From assembly GCA_025558095.1 (NCBI GenBank), contig JAIVFI010000008.1, positions 682,001 to 746,000 of the forward strand: 64,000 nt of DNA. The letters run 5' to 3'. Of the stretch, positions 1 to 11,135 are shown piece by piece. The DNA is from Hyaloraphidium curvatum SAG 235-1. Taxonomy: Eukaryota > Fungi > Monoblepharomycota. The notes under the pieces were generated by a model. The model saw only the letters and a list, made by a program, of their open reading frames with translations. It searched no databases and was not told where the DNA came from. The first letter of the stretch is position 1. Each line of letters opens with the position of its first letter. The position numbers and the translations under genes are program-made.

Positions 1-20
1 TCTGCATCTTCTCCACTGCC

Positions 21-1633
21 ATGCGCGCCGTCCGCGTAGCTGCGCTCGCCGTTCGCGGCGGAGCGGCCTCTCGTCGAGGATTTGCCGTCGCGACCGCCGA
101 GAAACCGCGGGTTGCCTTCACGGTGGGCACGCCGCCGGGGTGCCGCCGCGACATCTGACCCCTCGCAGCCGACGCACCCCGACCCTTCGCTCGCTTCGGT
201 CCCGCCGGCGCCGGCGCATCTTCCGCTGTACGCGCGCCCGCCGCTGACCTTCACCCACGGCGAGGGCTCCTTCCTCGTGACCGATGCCGGCGCGCGGTAC
301 CTGGACCTGGCAGCGGGCATCGCCGTCAACTCGCTGGGCCACGGCGACCCGGACGTGCTGCGCGCGATCGCGGATCAGGCGGCAAAGGTGGTGCACGTGA
401 GCAACCTGTACCACAACGAGCACTCGGGGGAGCTCGCCGGGGCGCTGGTCAAGAGCCTGCAGGTCGGCGGGCGGTGGAAGGAGGGCGGGAAGGTGTTTTT
501 TGGCAACTCGGGCGCCGAGGCCAACGAGGGTAGGCTTGGCTCCGCGTTTTCTTCGGGCAAGTGCTCGGATTGACGGGGTGTGGGGCCCGGCAGCGGCGCT
601 CAAGTTCGCCAAGAAGTACGCGCGCCAAACCTTCGGCAAACAGATCCCCGCCGAGTGTGGGACGCCGACCTGCCCTTGCATCGAGTTCAACGCCGCCGGC
701 TCGCCGGTTTCGGGCGGTCCCGGCACCGCTGCTTGCCCGTTCACAAAGTACAAGATGGTCTCCTTCACCCACGCGTTCCACGGCCGCACCATGGGAGCCC
801 TCTCGGCGACACCCGCACCGAAATACCAGGCGCCTTTTGCGCCGCTGGTCCCCGGCTTCGAGGTCGTGGACTACAACGATGCGGCCGGCGCGGTCGCCCG
901 CATCACCGAGGACGTGGCGGGCGTGATCGTTGAGCCGGTTCAGGGCGAGGGCGGCGTGACGGTCGGCCGCCTGGAGTTCTTGGAGGCGGTCAGGAAGCGG
1001 TGCGACGAGGTCGGAGCGGTGCTCATCTACGATGAGATCCAGGTGCGTCATTGTGATCGGCGGCACGGCCAAAGCTCGCTAATCCCATCCTCCGTCCAGT
1101 GCGGATTGGGAAGGACGGGCAAACTCCACGCGCACCAGCACTTCCCCCCGGAGCTGGCCCCCGACATCATGACCCTCGCCAAGCCCCTCGCCAACGGCAT
1201 CCCCATCGGCGCCGCCGTTCTGTCCGAAAAGGTCGCCGCCGTCGTCACCAAGGGCGACCACGGCACCACCTTTGGCGGCAACCCCTTCGCCTGCGCCGTG
1301 GGCCGGGTCTGCCTGGAGAAGATCTCGCGCGAGTCGACGCTCACCAACGTCCGCGAGATGGGGGGGCTGCTCAAGGCCGGGCTGGAGCGGATCGCCGCCG
1401 CGCATCCCAAGGTCGTCAAGGAGGTCCGCGGGGTCGGGCTCATGGTCGGCATGGAGCTGCAGCCCGAGTTCAAGCCGGAGAACGTGGTGGACATGTGCCG
1501 CGAGCAGGGCGTGCTGGTGATTGGCGCCGGTCTGAACACGGTGCGCTTCCTGCCGTCCTTGGTGATCAAGAAGGAGGAAGTCGAGATGGGCCTGAAGGCG
1601 GTGTCGACGGCGGTCACTGTGCTGGACGCATAG
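21..1633 (+). CDS. ARG8: Acetylornithine aminotransferase (class III PLP-dependent), mitochondrial; introns 123-168, 530-593, 1043-1099
   Basis: Motifs YLDLAAGIAVNSLGH, NSGAEANEAALKFA, FHGRTMGALS, IVEPVQGEGG, DEIQ-CGLGRTG, TLAKPLANG and HGTTFGGNP. GT-AG introns restore the frame, and the N-terminus is Arg/Ala-rich like a presequence. Confidence 0.95.
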
Positions 1634-1754
1634 AAAACTAGATGGAAGACAGACAATCAAATTGGTGCTACGTTAATTTACAGTCCTAGGCGCTGGGAAT
1701 AATTGTAGCCCAAGAACCCACAATGAGCGCGGAACGCTTGCGTCCGGCTCGGAA

Positions 1755-4700
1755 TCAAGAGTCAACCATCAGCTCGTCGAGATCGGCCGCGACACCTCCG
1801 CCGGCAAGCGTCTCGGCGCTCTTTTGCTGCCCGGCAGACAGGCCCTCTTCGTGGCCGTCGCCCTCAACGCCCCCGCCGAGAGAGTCGCGCTTGACCGAGG
1901 ACATGATCGACCTGACCGTGTCCAGCTTGCCGCTCGTGCGCACGACCTCCACCTCCAGGCTCCCCTTTTCCGTCTCAAGCTCCCGCAGCTGGCGCCGCAG
2001 GGCTTCGTTCTCGTCCATCTTGGCGCGGAGCAGCGACTTGGCGCGGTCCCGATCGGCCTCGGCCACCTCCAGCTGCTTCTTGGTCTCACGCCACTCGCTG
2101 AGGATGCCGTCGTGCTGCTGGTCCACGATCGCGTGGTACTCGGCCGGCAGCGCCGCGAGCGCATCGGCAGCGAGAGGCTCGGTGCGGGTGCGGTACTTGC
2201 GCCGCCACTCCTCCACCTCCTGCGTGGCGTCCTTCAGCGCGGCCCGGAGCGTCTCGGCCTCGCTGTTGGCCTCCCAACGCTCCTTGCGCAGCATCTCAAT
2301 AAGCTTGGACGCAGCGCCCGCGGCCCCACCGACAGCGGGATCGACGGTGAGCAGCTCCAGCTCCTTGCGGTACTGGTCCACGCTGGAAACAGCCTCATGC
2401 AGCAGCACCTTGTTCTCGCCCGCCTGGCGAGCCAGCTCCCTGTTGGTCTCCTCCAGCTTGGCCACCTGCTCCGTGAGGGACGCTAGCTCGGTTCGGTACT
2501 TTGACTCGAATTCGTCGAAGAGCTTCTCCTCCATCTGCCTCTGGAGGGTGAGCTCCGCCACCACGGCCAGTTTGGCCGCCAGCTCGTCCGCGTTGCGGGA
2601 AACTACCGCGGGGTCCGTGCCGCCCTTGATCTGGCGCTTGAGCTCGTCGAGCTGCAGGGTCTTTTCGGCGAGCTGCGACCCCAGGATCATGACCTCGTCG
2701 CGGAACGCGTTGGACGACCTCGTCTTCTCCTCCAGGCCCCTCCTGGCCTCGGCCCTTTCACGCGCGAGCTGCAGGTTCTGCTTTTCCAGCTCGCGCACAC
2801 GTTGGCTCAGCTCGGCGTACTCGAGGGAGCTGCCCGAATGGTGCGACAGCTCCGTCTCGGGGGTGATTTCGAGTCCGTCCATGCTCTCGTCGCCGTGGTC
2901 GAACTTGCGCTTCTTGCCGGGACCGCTGGGAGCGAGCCCGTCCCCGCCGCGCACGACGATCATGGGCACGCGCGGAGTGCGGCCGTCGCCCTCCTCGGAC
3001 GCCCGCGACGGGGCCAGGTTCACCCTTTTCCGAGGGCGCTCGTCGGTGCGCGGGAAGCTGGACATGACCCGCGTGGCGAAAGGCCTCTGGTTTTCAGCCT
3101 CCCCGCCGCTGTCCTCGTGGGCATGGTGGGCAGACTTCTCCCTCCGCGTTTGGGGAGGCGGGGGGTGGATGATGGTGCGGTTGGGCCCGGCGGCCACGGC
3201 CGCGACGGCCGCCTTCTTGGCTTTGCGATCGCCCAGCTCCTCGATCGGCATCGGCGGCGGCGACAGCCGGGGCTTCTTGGGCTTCCTTTCGGGGGGCGGG
3301 CCCGCCGGAGTCGACTCGCGAAGGGTGCTGGCTGCTGTGGCAGCTGCAGATGCGGCGGCCTGGTAGGCAGACGTAGGAACCAGCTGGCTCGCCGAGATGT
3401 GCCCCGAAGCAGCTTTGCCCTTGCGCGCAGTCTGCGCCGCCTTCCTCCGCGCGCGCACGATCCGCAGGCCGCAGGCGTTGCACAGCATCTTGACCACCTC
3501 CTGCCCGTCGGTCTTGTCGTCGTCGACCACGACCCGGCGCCATTCAGGCGAGCTCTTGGTTCCGCACTGCTCGCATGCCTTGACGACCGTGTCCCAATCG
3601 AAGCGATTCGCGCTCGGCGAAGGCCTGGAGGGGACGGCGCTGATGACCTTTGTATATTTGGTCTTGGGTCGGTTGTTCCTGGGGTCGGAAGCTGTCGACG
3701 CGAACTCGGGCGCATTCGGGTCCTCGAAAAAGTCCTGCTTGCGCTTCATCTGCTCCTCGAACAGCGCCTCGAGCCTCTTGCCGGCAAGCGCAACCTCCGA
3801 GCGATCGCCGTTGTAGCTGTGCATTTGTCAGCCGGAGCAGATACAACGGCCAGGCGCAAAACTTACGCGTAGCAGTTCTTCAGCAAAAGGAGCATGTCCG
3901 ACTCAAACAGATTGATGCTTTTGTCGTACGCGCCTTGGGTCCACTTCCTCCTCATCAACGAAATGTCCATGGGATCGGAGACGACCGACAGATAGTCCGG
4001 CACAAGGGTGAGATCCACGGGGTCCTGGAACCAGACGGAGAAGGCCAAATGCTTGCGCTTGTTGAGCTCGTTCAGGATGTGTGCGGCAAATCTGCGGTGG
4101 AGACTGCCTTCGGTCGTGTTCAGGAAGCCGATGACGGGGCCGGAGGCGTGCGAGAACGGAATCTCGGTCGGAGGCTTGCGGCTCCTGACGGGCCTCTGCC
4201 GGAGCTGAAATTCGTCGGAAGAGCCGTCATCTTCCTCATCGTCCGAGGATTCCAGCACATCTCCGCCGAGGTCCGAAGGGGTGTCGCCGTTGCTCTTTTC
4301 ATCCTCGTCCCCGTCCTCGTGCGAGATGGCTTCCGAAGGGTCGTCGAGATCGTCCGAATCGTCATCCTCGGCTTGTTGCCTCGCCAAAGATTTGGACGCT
4401 TTCGATGCCGACCATGAGCGATCTTTCGCCTCTTGCGGGTCGGGCAGATCGGCATGGTGGGTCGTCGACGGCTGAAAACAAAGGTCGGCGTCAGTTCTGA
4501 CTCCAAAAGCGGACACATTCGCGGAGTAAATCCCACCTTGCGTTTTCCCTTGGTGTTCTTGGGCCCGCCGCTCTCCAAGGGCTCGGACATGCGGTGCTCG
4601 CTCGCATCCCGAGATCCGCGCGCCGATCCGGCACCCGCGCCGCCGGCCCTCGCGGGTTCGTCCGACATGAGCTGCTCAAACGTCTCCATGGCTTTCCTGG

Positions 4701-5136
4701 CGTCCGCCATGACGTTCTGCTTGGTCCACTGGTCCGCGTCGATGGTCTGCTTGCCCGTGGCCCAGCGAGACAGCACGCTCCTGACCTCCTTCGCAAACTC
4801 CTCGACCGTTTCGAAGGCGCCCTCTTCGCAGAGGCCTTTTATGTCGGCCAGGCCGGCCACCGTGTTGGGCAGGGCAAAGGGGCTCTTGTAGAAAGCCCGT
4901 GCCAGTTGGTGCACGACCCTCGCCGTCCACCGCATCTGCGAGCGGCTCATGCCGCCCGCGCCCGATGCGGACGCCGCCGACGGGTTGGCGTTGTCGCCGT
5001 CGGCGAGAGATCCGGCGTTGCTCTCGTCGTCGGTCAGGCCGCGCCGGCCCTCGCGCACGGCGTCGGACGCGTCCGTCTCGAACTTCGACTCGTCGATGAA
5101 CTCGGCCATCGCGCCATCATCGTCGAGATGCGCCAT
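1755..5136 (-). CDS. Bromodomain(s) + GATA-type zinc finger + coiled-coil protein; introns 4472-4536, 3817-3866
   Basis: Bromodomain motif WFQDPVDLTLVPDYLSVVSDPMDIS...NCYAYNG (spliced). GATA-like CEQC...PEWRR...LCNACGL and a long C-terminal coiled coil. The first exon carries a degenerate bromodomain-like helix bundle. Confidence 0.8.
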
Positions 5137-5279
5137 TGCCGCCGGCGCGGGACGGGCCTGACCGCGAGATCGCGATCGCCGTGTTTGCGCTTTTGATGGT
5201 TGTCTCCTTTTCACACGCCCGCCGAGTAGCGGGGTGGACATTGACTCACAACTCGCGGAAAGCAGCTGATCTATTACAG

Positions 5280-8178
5280 TCAGGCCACTTTTCTGAAGCC
5301 ATCTGACGATAGCATATCATCGCCGCGGAACGGCGGCCCGCCGTGGCGGATCGCGGTGTTGCCACGAACGTGATCAATCCCCTCTCGCCACCGTCCCTCG
5401 GGGGGATGACGAGCATCCTCGGACCGTGTCCGACCGTCCTGGCCCATCCTAGAGTCCCATTTCACCTCCGACGAGTACCAACCGGTGCCCTTGATGTCCA
5501 TAACAAACTCTCCGCAGGCGGTCGCGTCCGAGATCGCCTCGTTGGCGAGCTTGCGCAGCGTCGAGGCCAAGGTCCGCTTCAAACGGCAATCGACGCGCTC
5601 CGGGCCGTTGCCCCAGGTGCGCTCCGGGCGGGATGCCCGCAGAATCGCAAGCCCCGTCGTTAGAACTTTGGCAACGTGGTCCTTGTTTCTCAACTCGTGG
5701 TGTAGGTCAATAAGCACCCGGGAGTAGGTGATCATGAGATAGAGAAGCGTCCTCGTTTCTTCCACAGGCATGGGTTCGGCAGTGGAAGGCCGCGCCAGAT
5801 CCCTCAGCCTCTTCTCGTGTGGCTTCCAGATCTCGCCCGCCCGCGACGCCCAGACCTCGAGCCTGGCACGCTTCCCGCCAGGATAAACGGCCGTCATTTC
5901 CTTCAGCGGCATGTCCGACAGCGCGCCGACGGCTTTCCAGCAGGCGTCCAAGACCACTCCGGCAGTCCGCGGCGACGACTTGTCCAGCACGGAGCTCGCG
6001 ATCATCACGTTAAATATAGTCCACAGGTCCTCCGAGGTCTGCTCCAGAGCGGCGAATCCCTGACCCTTGCCGCGCGACTTGGATACCAAACCGACGGTAC
6101 GCATCAGCAAGAATGCGGCGTAATCATCGAGCCGGTGTCCGTTATCGCTCCGCGGCGCAGGGACCCTGCGCTTCGCAAGATCCGCCTTTGTGGCGTCATG
6201 ACGGACGGTATCAAAAAGTCCTTCCTTCCACCAGCCAAGGACGAGATTCCCCCCATCGATACCGGCTTGTCCGGAAGTCCTCAAAACAGATTCCAGCAGA
6301 ATCGAAAGAGTTTTGACATCCGGCGACGGGTAGCTTCTGGGCTGTCCCCCTTCCGAACGAACGGCAGTCCCATCGTTTCTCCTCCGTTGCCGACCGCGCG
6401 TCGATCGTTGACGTCTCTTCGGATTCGCGATCTCCTCTGCCGCAGATCCGTCCCAGGGTCGGTCCATAGGGAGGCCAAACTCTTGAGCCGCGACCAAAGG
6501 CGTCAGCTCTGCCTTTCCAGAGTTAAGGACGCACGTCAAGAGCGCGTTCACCAGTTCCGCGTCCTTGTCCTTGAGACCCAGCTCGTCCACGAAATGCCTC
6601 CACAGGTTCTGCATCCTCTCCAGTAATCCAGGTTCATCGGGACGGTATCGCCGTCTTGCAAGGTGGGAGAGGACCGTGCGCAGGGTGACCTTGTCTGGCT
6701 GGGGAGCGTTGGTCTCCTGAGTCAAGTAATGGCGTTCGGCCACCTTCCGCGACTGCTTCGGTCGCTCCCGCTGGTACTTTGGGTTCAGACTCGTCGTTCC
6801 GACCTGCAGCACCCAGCCGGGAAAGAGCGCGGCGGGGTCGCCAAAGACAAAGCGCGACACCGTGACATCGAACTCGCTCCAGTCCTCGCATCTTGCCAGC
6901 ACCTTCAGCAGCGCGTTCAAGAGCATGGTGTCGAAGTTGGTAGCGGGGATCCGAGCCAGGACCGAAGGCAGGTAAAAGTCGCGCATGGCATGCTTCGACC
7001 AGGGGACAGGGAGAGGATCCTTGGCAACCTCCGAATCAGCCTGTGCACCTGGCTTGTTGATCGGTTGCGGAATCTGCATCTCCTTGGCGGACATGGTGGC
7101 TGCATTCCCAAGGGCCGACAGGAGCGCAAGCCGCGTGATCCGATCCGGCTTTGATCGATAATGCAGCATCTGCGTAGTTCCGAGGTCAGCGGGGTCCCTC
7201 CCAGCGCCTCAAGTGACCAACCATGCGATAGCCCAATTCCGCCCAACCAAACTGGCCTTTTGTGGCGCATTGATTAAGAAAAGTGTTCCAGACCTCGTCG
7301 TCCGCGACGCGCATCTTCCATTTCCAAACTCCACGCCCAACTGCGGCGTCCAGATTACCCACTGCCAGCAAATCATCATCCACGGGGGCGTCCTCTGTTT
7401 CGGATTGCTCCTCGTTCTCGTCCGTAGCAAGCTCTTTGTTCGGAGCGGTCGTGGCCGTCTCCTCAACAGCGGAAGAGTCTTTCTCTTCCGCCGTCCTGGC
7501 AGCAATATCACGCCGAGCTTCACGCGCCTGAAGCTCGCGGTGACGGTCCTTCACGGCATGCCGCCGGATCAGCTCCAAAGCCTCGGCAAACTGGTCCTTC
7601 TCCCCGACCATCCACTTGATCTGCGCCGACAAGAGATGCGAATTGTCGTAAAGAAGCCGCAAAGGGTTCGCCGGGTACTTGTTTCGCGCGCCTTTACCTT
7701 CCGACCTTGGTTTCGCCTTCTTCTTTGCTCGGCGGAAGCCTTTGACGCGCCAACGGCGCACTTTTATCCCCTTGGTCCGAAACGGTTCCACGACATGTTT
7801 CCCCGAGCTCGCCGTGTGCGTAACAAGAACCTCTTTAGCGGTCCTCCCTCTCAACCGCCGTTGAAGCAGCTTTTTTCCCTTGTCCGAAGTCTTCGCCGGC
7901 AGCGCTCCCCGAGCGGGTTCGATGCTGCCACTTCTCCGGCTCGTCCGCGTCTTCCTGGAGCCACCAGCCGTGCGTACATCATCACGGATCTTTGTCGCAG
8001 CTGAAGACTGATTGCGCTGTTGGCAAACGGTGCCCCTCCCGAACAGTCCGCGCGTCCCAGGCAGCCTTCGTCCCGTGGCCAGCGAGCGAACCGTCAAAAG
8101 CGGAGTCGGGGCCACTCCGCACGACGATATGCATCGTCTCGTAAAGTCCGCCAAGGCAGATCTGAAGCTGAAGGCCAT
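5280..8178 (-). CDS. Pentatricopeptide-repeat-like mitochondrial protein; intron 7170-7221
   Basis: PPR-like units (DDEVWNTFLNQCATKGQFGWAELGYRMMLHYRSKPDRIT; DTMLLNALLKVLARCEDW; PDKVTLRTVL; PDVKTLSILL) and a basic, presequence-like N-terminus MAFSFRSAL. Confidence 0.65.
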
Positions 8179-8339
8179 CTGGGTTGCATCTGGGCCTTCA
8201 GAATCGAACGCTTCTGTTGACTTGATGGGGTCGCGACCAGCAACGCGACCAAACCAAGCGCGCAGATCGACCTCCAGCAAATCTACGCGGAATGGCTTGC
8301 CTTGCTCCTTATCTTCGAGCGCCACGCGCTCTGCCTGCG

Positions 8340-8896
8340 ATGGCGGCGCTTAGAGCCGTGCCAGCCCTGGGGAGGGCCTCGGAACTGTCTCCCGCCTCCG
8401 TGGCCTTCCAAGCACGGCAGAAGCAGACCATTTCGCGAGGGATCCAGCAGATGCTGGATGAGGCGAACGCGCAGATCAAGACGGTCTCGACGGAAGAGGC
8501 GGTGAAGATCCACGCGCAGAACGATCCGAACATCGTGTTCGTGGACATCCGGGACCCGCGGGAACTCGAACGGGACGGCAAGGTCCCCGGAGCGGTGGGC
8601 TACGGTCATCCAGGTGCCCGGTTGGTCACAATCTGATGGCCTTTTCTTAGTTTCCGTGCACGAGGGGCATGCTGGAGTTCTGGATCGACCCGGAATCACC
8701 TTACGGCAAACCCATCTTCCAGGAGGACAAGCAGTTCATCTTCTATTGCGCGGGAGGGCTGCGTAGCGCCCTCGCGACGAAGCTAGCGCAGGACATGGGC
8801 CTCAAGCCTGTGGCGCATATCGAGGGCGGTTTCGGAGCGTGGAAGAAGGCCGGCGGCCCCGTCGAGGCTGTCACGAAGAAGGAGAAGAAGCACTGA
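8340..8896 (+). CDS. Single-domain rhodanese/sulfurtransferase with presequence; intron 8595-8650
   Basis: Motifs VFVDIRDPREL...GKVPGA|FPCTRGMLEFWIDP and active-site FYCAGGLRS, plus HIEGGFGAWKKAG. Confidence 0.9.
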
Positions 8897-8955
8897 AACA
8901 CACATATCTTGATTTCCTATAGATTCCCGCACCTCCTACACAATAAACACGCGTC

Positions 8956-9910
8956 TTATGGCGCTGAATAAGCAACTTCGACACACAGGTGTCCCTTGAT
9001 GTGCGGCACCATTCGTTCGACTTTCTCGCGCGCCACGAGCTTCCAACCGACAGAGGCATTGATGCAGGCGTCCTCGGAATCCCATAGGACGATCTGACCT
9101 CCTTTGGCTAGAAGGGATCGGGGAACCGTTCCGGAAATATCGTGGAGAAGGAGGAAACTGAGCGCTGCCTCGGGCATATCGGCGAGGGACTCGATCCGCC
9201 TGCAGTGCGAAAGTGCCATCTTCCGCAGTCTCGGGAGATGGGTCAAGACGTCCTTCAGAGACGACTGGGTGAGCTCGTTTGCCCTGCAGAGGGCCAGCTC
9301 CTTGAGGTTGCAGCAGCTCTTTGCGAGCTCCACAATAGACGCGCCCGACAAGGGTCCGGCGTTTGCCCACAGGACAAAAGTCTCCAGAGCAGGACAGCCG
9401 GCGGCAACGGCACGGATGAACAGCTGGGAGAGGGCCGTGAAGCTGGCGTCCGCCGAGGTTACGCTGATGTGTCGAAGCCGCGAGGCGACGTCGGCTTCGA
9501 GCGGAGAGAAGGCGTGGTCCGAGACTGCGAGGCCAACGCCGTCAGTGCTCGTTGTTCCCTGAACGCGTTTGACGGTCCTTACGTGTTTCGAATGAGCGAA
9601 TGCAAATGGACTGCAGGCTGCGCATGTTTTCCGTGAGGAGCTTCCTAACGCGGTCGTCCCTCGCATTCTCCAAGCTCAGGCAGACCACAGGGTGCTTGAG
9701 ACAAAGCTCCAGCAGCTTCGCATTGTGCGTCTCGTGCTGGTGCCCGGGATTGGCGAGGAAGCGCACTTGTAGCTGCCCTCCCCCGTCCCCCGCCGCCTGG
9801 AGGTGGACGCGGCTGATTCGCCCCAGCCGGTGCCGTTCGCGTACATCCAGGCAGCCGAATATCTTGGCCCACAGCTCATAAGGTAGTCCGTGGCCGGTTT
9901 TGCCCGACAT
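8956..9910 (-). CDS. F-box/leucine-rich repeat protein; intron 9525-9582
   Basis: F-box motif LPYELWAKIFGCL...LGRISR and RNI-like LRRs (CPALETF, CCNLKELAL, LPRLRKMALSHCRRI). Confidence 0.8.
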
Positions 9911-10054
9911 CGTCGCTTTCCCCCTTGGATTCGAGGGGGATCCGAAAAGTGAAGGGGCTGTGTCCGTGCCGCGGTCTTTGCCACCTGCGTCTGTTTGGAC
10001 CAAACTTTCGGCCCGATCCCCGGATTCATTCATTTGTTTCCGAGGCTCACTACC

Positions 10055-11054
10055 ATGAGCGACACGTCGCCCAGCGGAGGCGGTGTGCGACCGCTGCCGG
10101 GGACGTCGCCGCTGCGGTCCGCGTTCATGACAATGAGACGGGAGAGCGTCTCCGGGGCGAACCCCAGCTTGGCGGCCTGGAAGATGCAGAACGTCGTTTC
10201 CAACGTCATGGAGAGGCAGAGGATGCCGGGCTCTTTTGTAGAATCGGACTCGATCGAGGGGGGAGAGGCCCCCATACCCTTTCCCGGCCCTGCGACGCCC
10301 ATCCGGCGTCCCTCGATGCTAGGATCTGCGTCTGCTTCCGGGACCTCCACGCCGGCCAGATCATCGCCCATACCAGCAACGGCCCTGGTGAACCCCACTT
10401 TGCTCGCGGCGGCCTCGAAGCTGCTTTCGGCGAAGGACGACGATCTCGTCCCCTCCCCCTCGTCGCCGCCCTCGGGGGCAAAGCTCGCCCTGGACCTCGA
10501 AGCCGACATCTTCCACCCGTCCAACAGCTCCTCCGCGACGAGCCTCAAAGCACTGAAGGATATGCTGGAGAGGATCGAGGGGCGGCTGGCCAGGATCGAG
10601 GGCGAGGTGGAGACGCTGCGAACGGACCGGGACGAAGCGCGGAGGGCTTCCTTGAGAGCCGCGCCGGCGATGAGGATCGATCCGGGGGTGCAGAGGACGC
10701 CGACGACGTTCGGGACGTCCCCGACTGATTCCGAGCAATCGGAGGTGACCCCGGGAGGAACAGCGTCGAGGACCCTGGCACGCGGCACCTGGGCGCTCAT
10801 CGTTTCCTTCACTTGGTGGGCACTCGGTCGGGCATGGAGGTATGGAAAGTGCGGCGCATTCAATTTCACGGGTTTGCTGACGTTGCTATCTGGTTTCCAG
10901 GCAGTTCTTCTTCTTCCTTTACTTGCGGCGACTGCGCAAGTTCCTCGTCGTCGTACTCTTCAACCTGACGATGCTGGCACAGAAGCGGCTGCCCGAAAAA
11001 CTATACCGCTACGTCGTTTCTCCCGTGATGGAGATCGTCTTCAGGATCCTTTAG
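10055..11054 (+). CDS. Hypothetical protein with short coiled coil and C-terminal hydrophobic segments; intron 10840-10900
   Basis: ORF with Ser/Pro-rich N-terminus and coiled coil LKDMLERIEGRLARIEGEVETL. The spliced last exon (QFFFFLYLRRLRKFLVVVLF...) ends at TAG 11052-11054. Confidence 0.6.
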
Positions 11055-11135
11055 TCGCGTGGACGTGGAGCGGGTGGAGAGAGGCGAGAAAGGCACTTGT
11101 GAAATACCCACGCTCTACACCCGAACTCAATTCCG

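Noticed and set aside
1723-3366. Long antisense or alternative-frame ORFs (e.g. 1723-3366+, 11328-13004+, 32054-34453-, 34871-36694+, 48818-49918-)
   Set aside because: These are shadow ORFs expected from high GC3 codon bias. They have no motifs and overlap well-supported genes.
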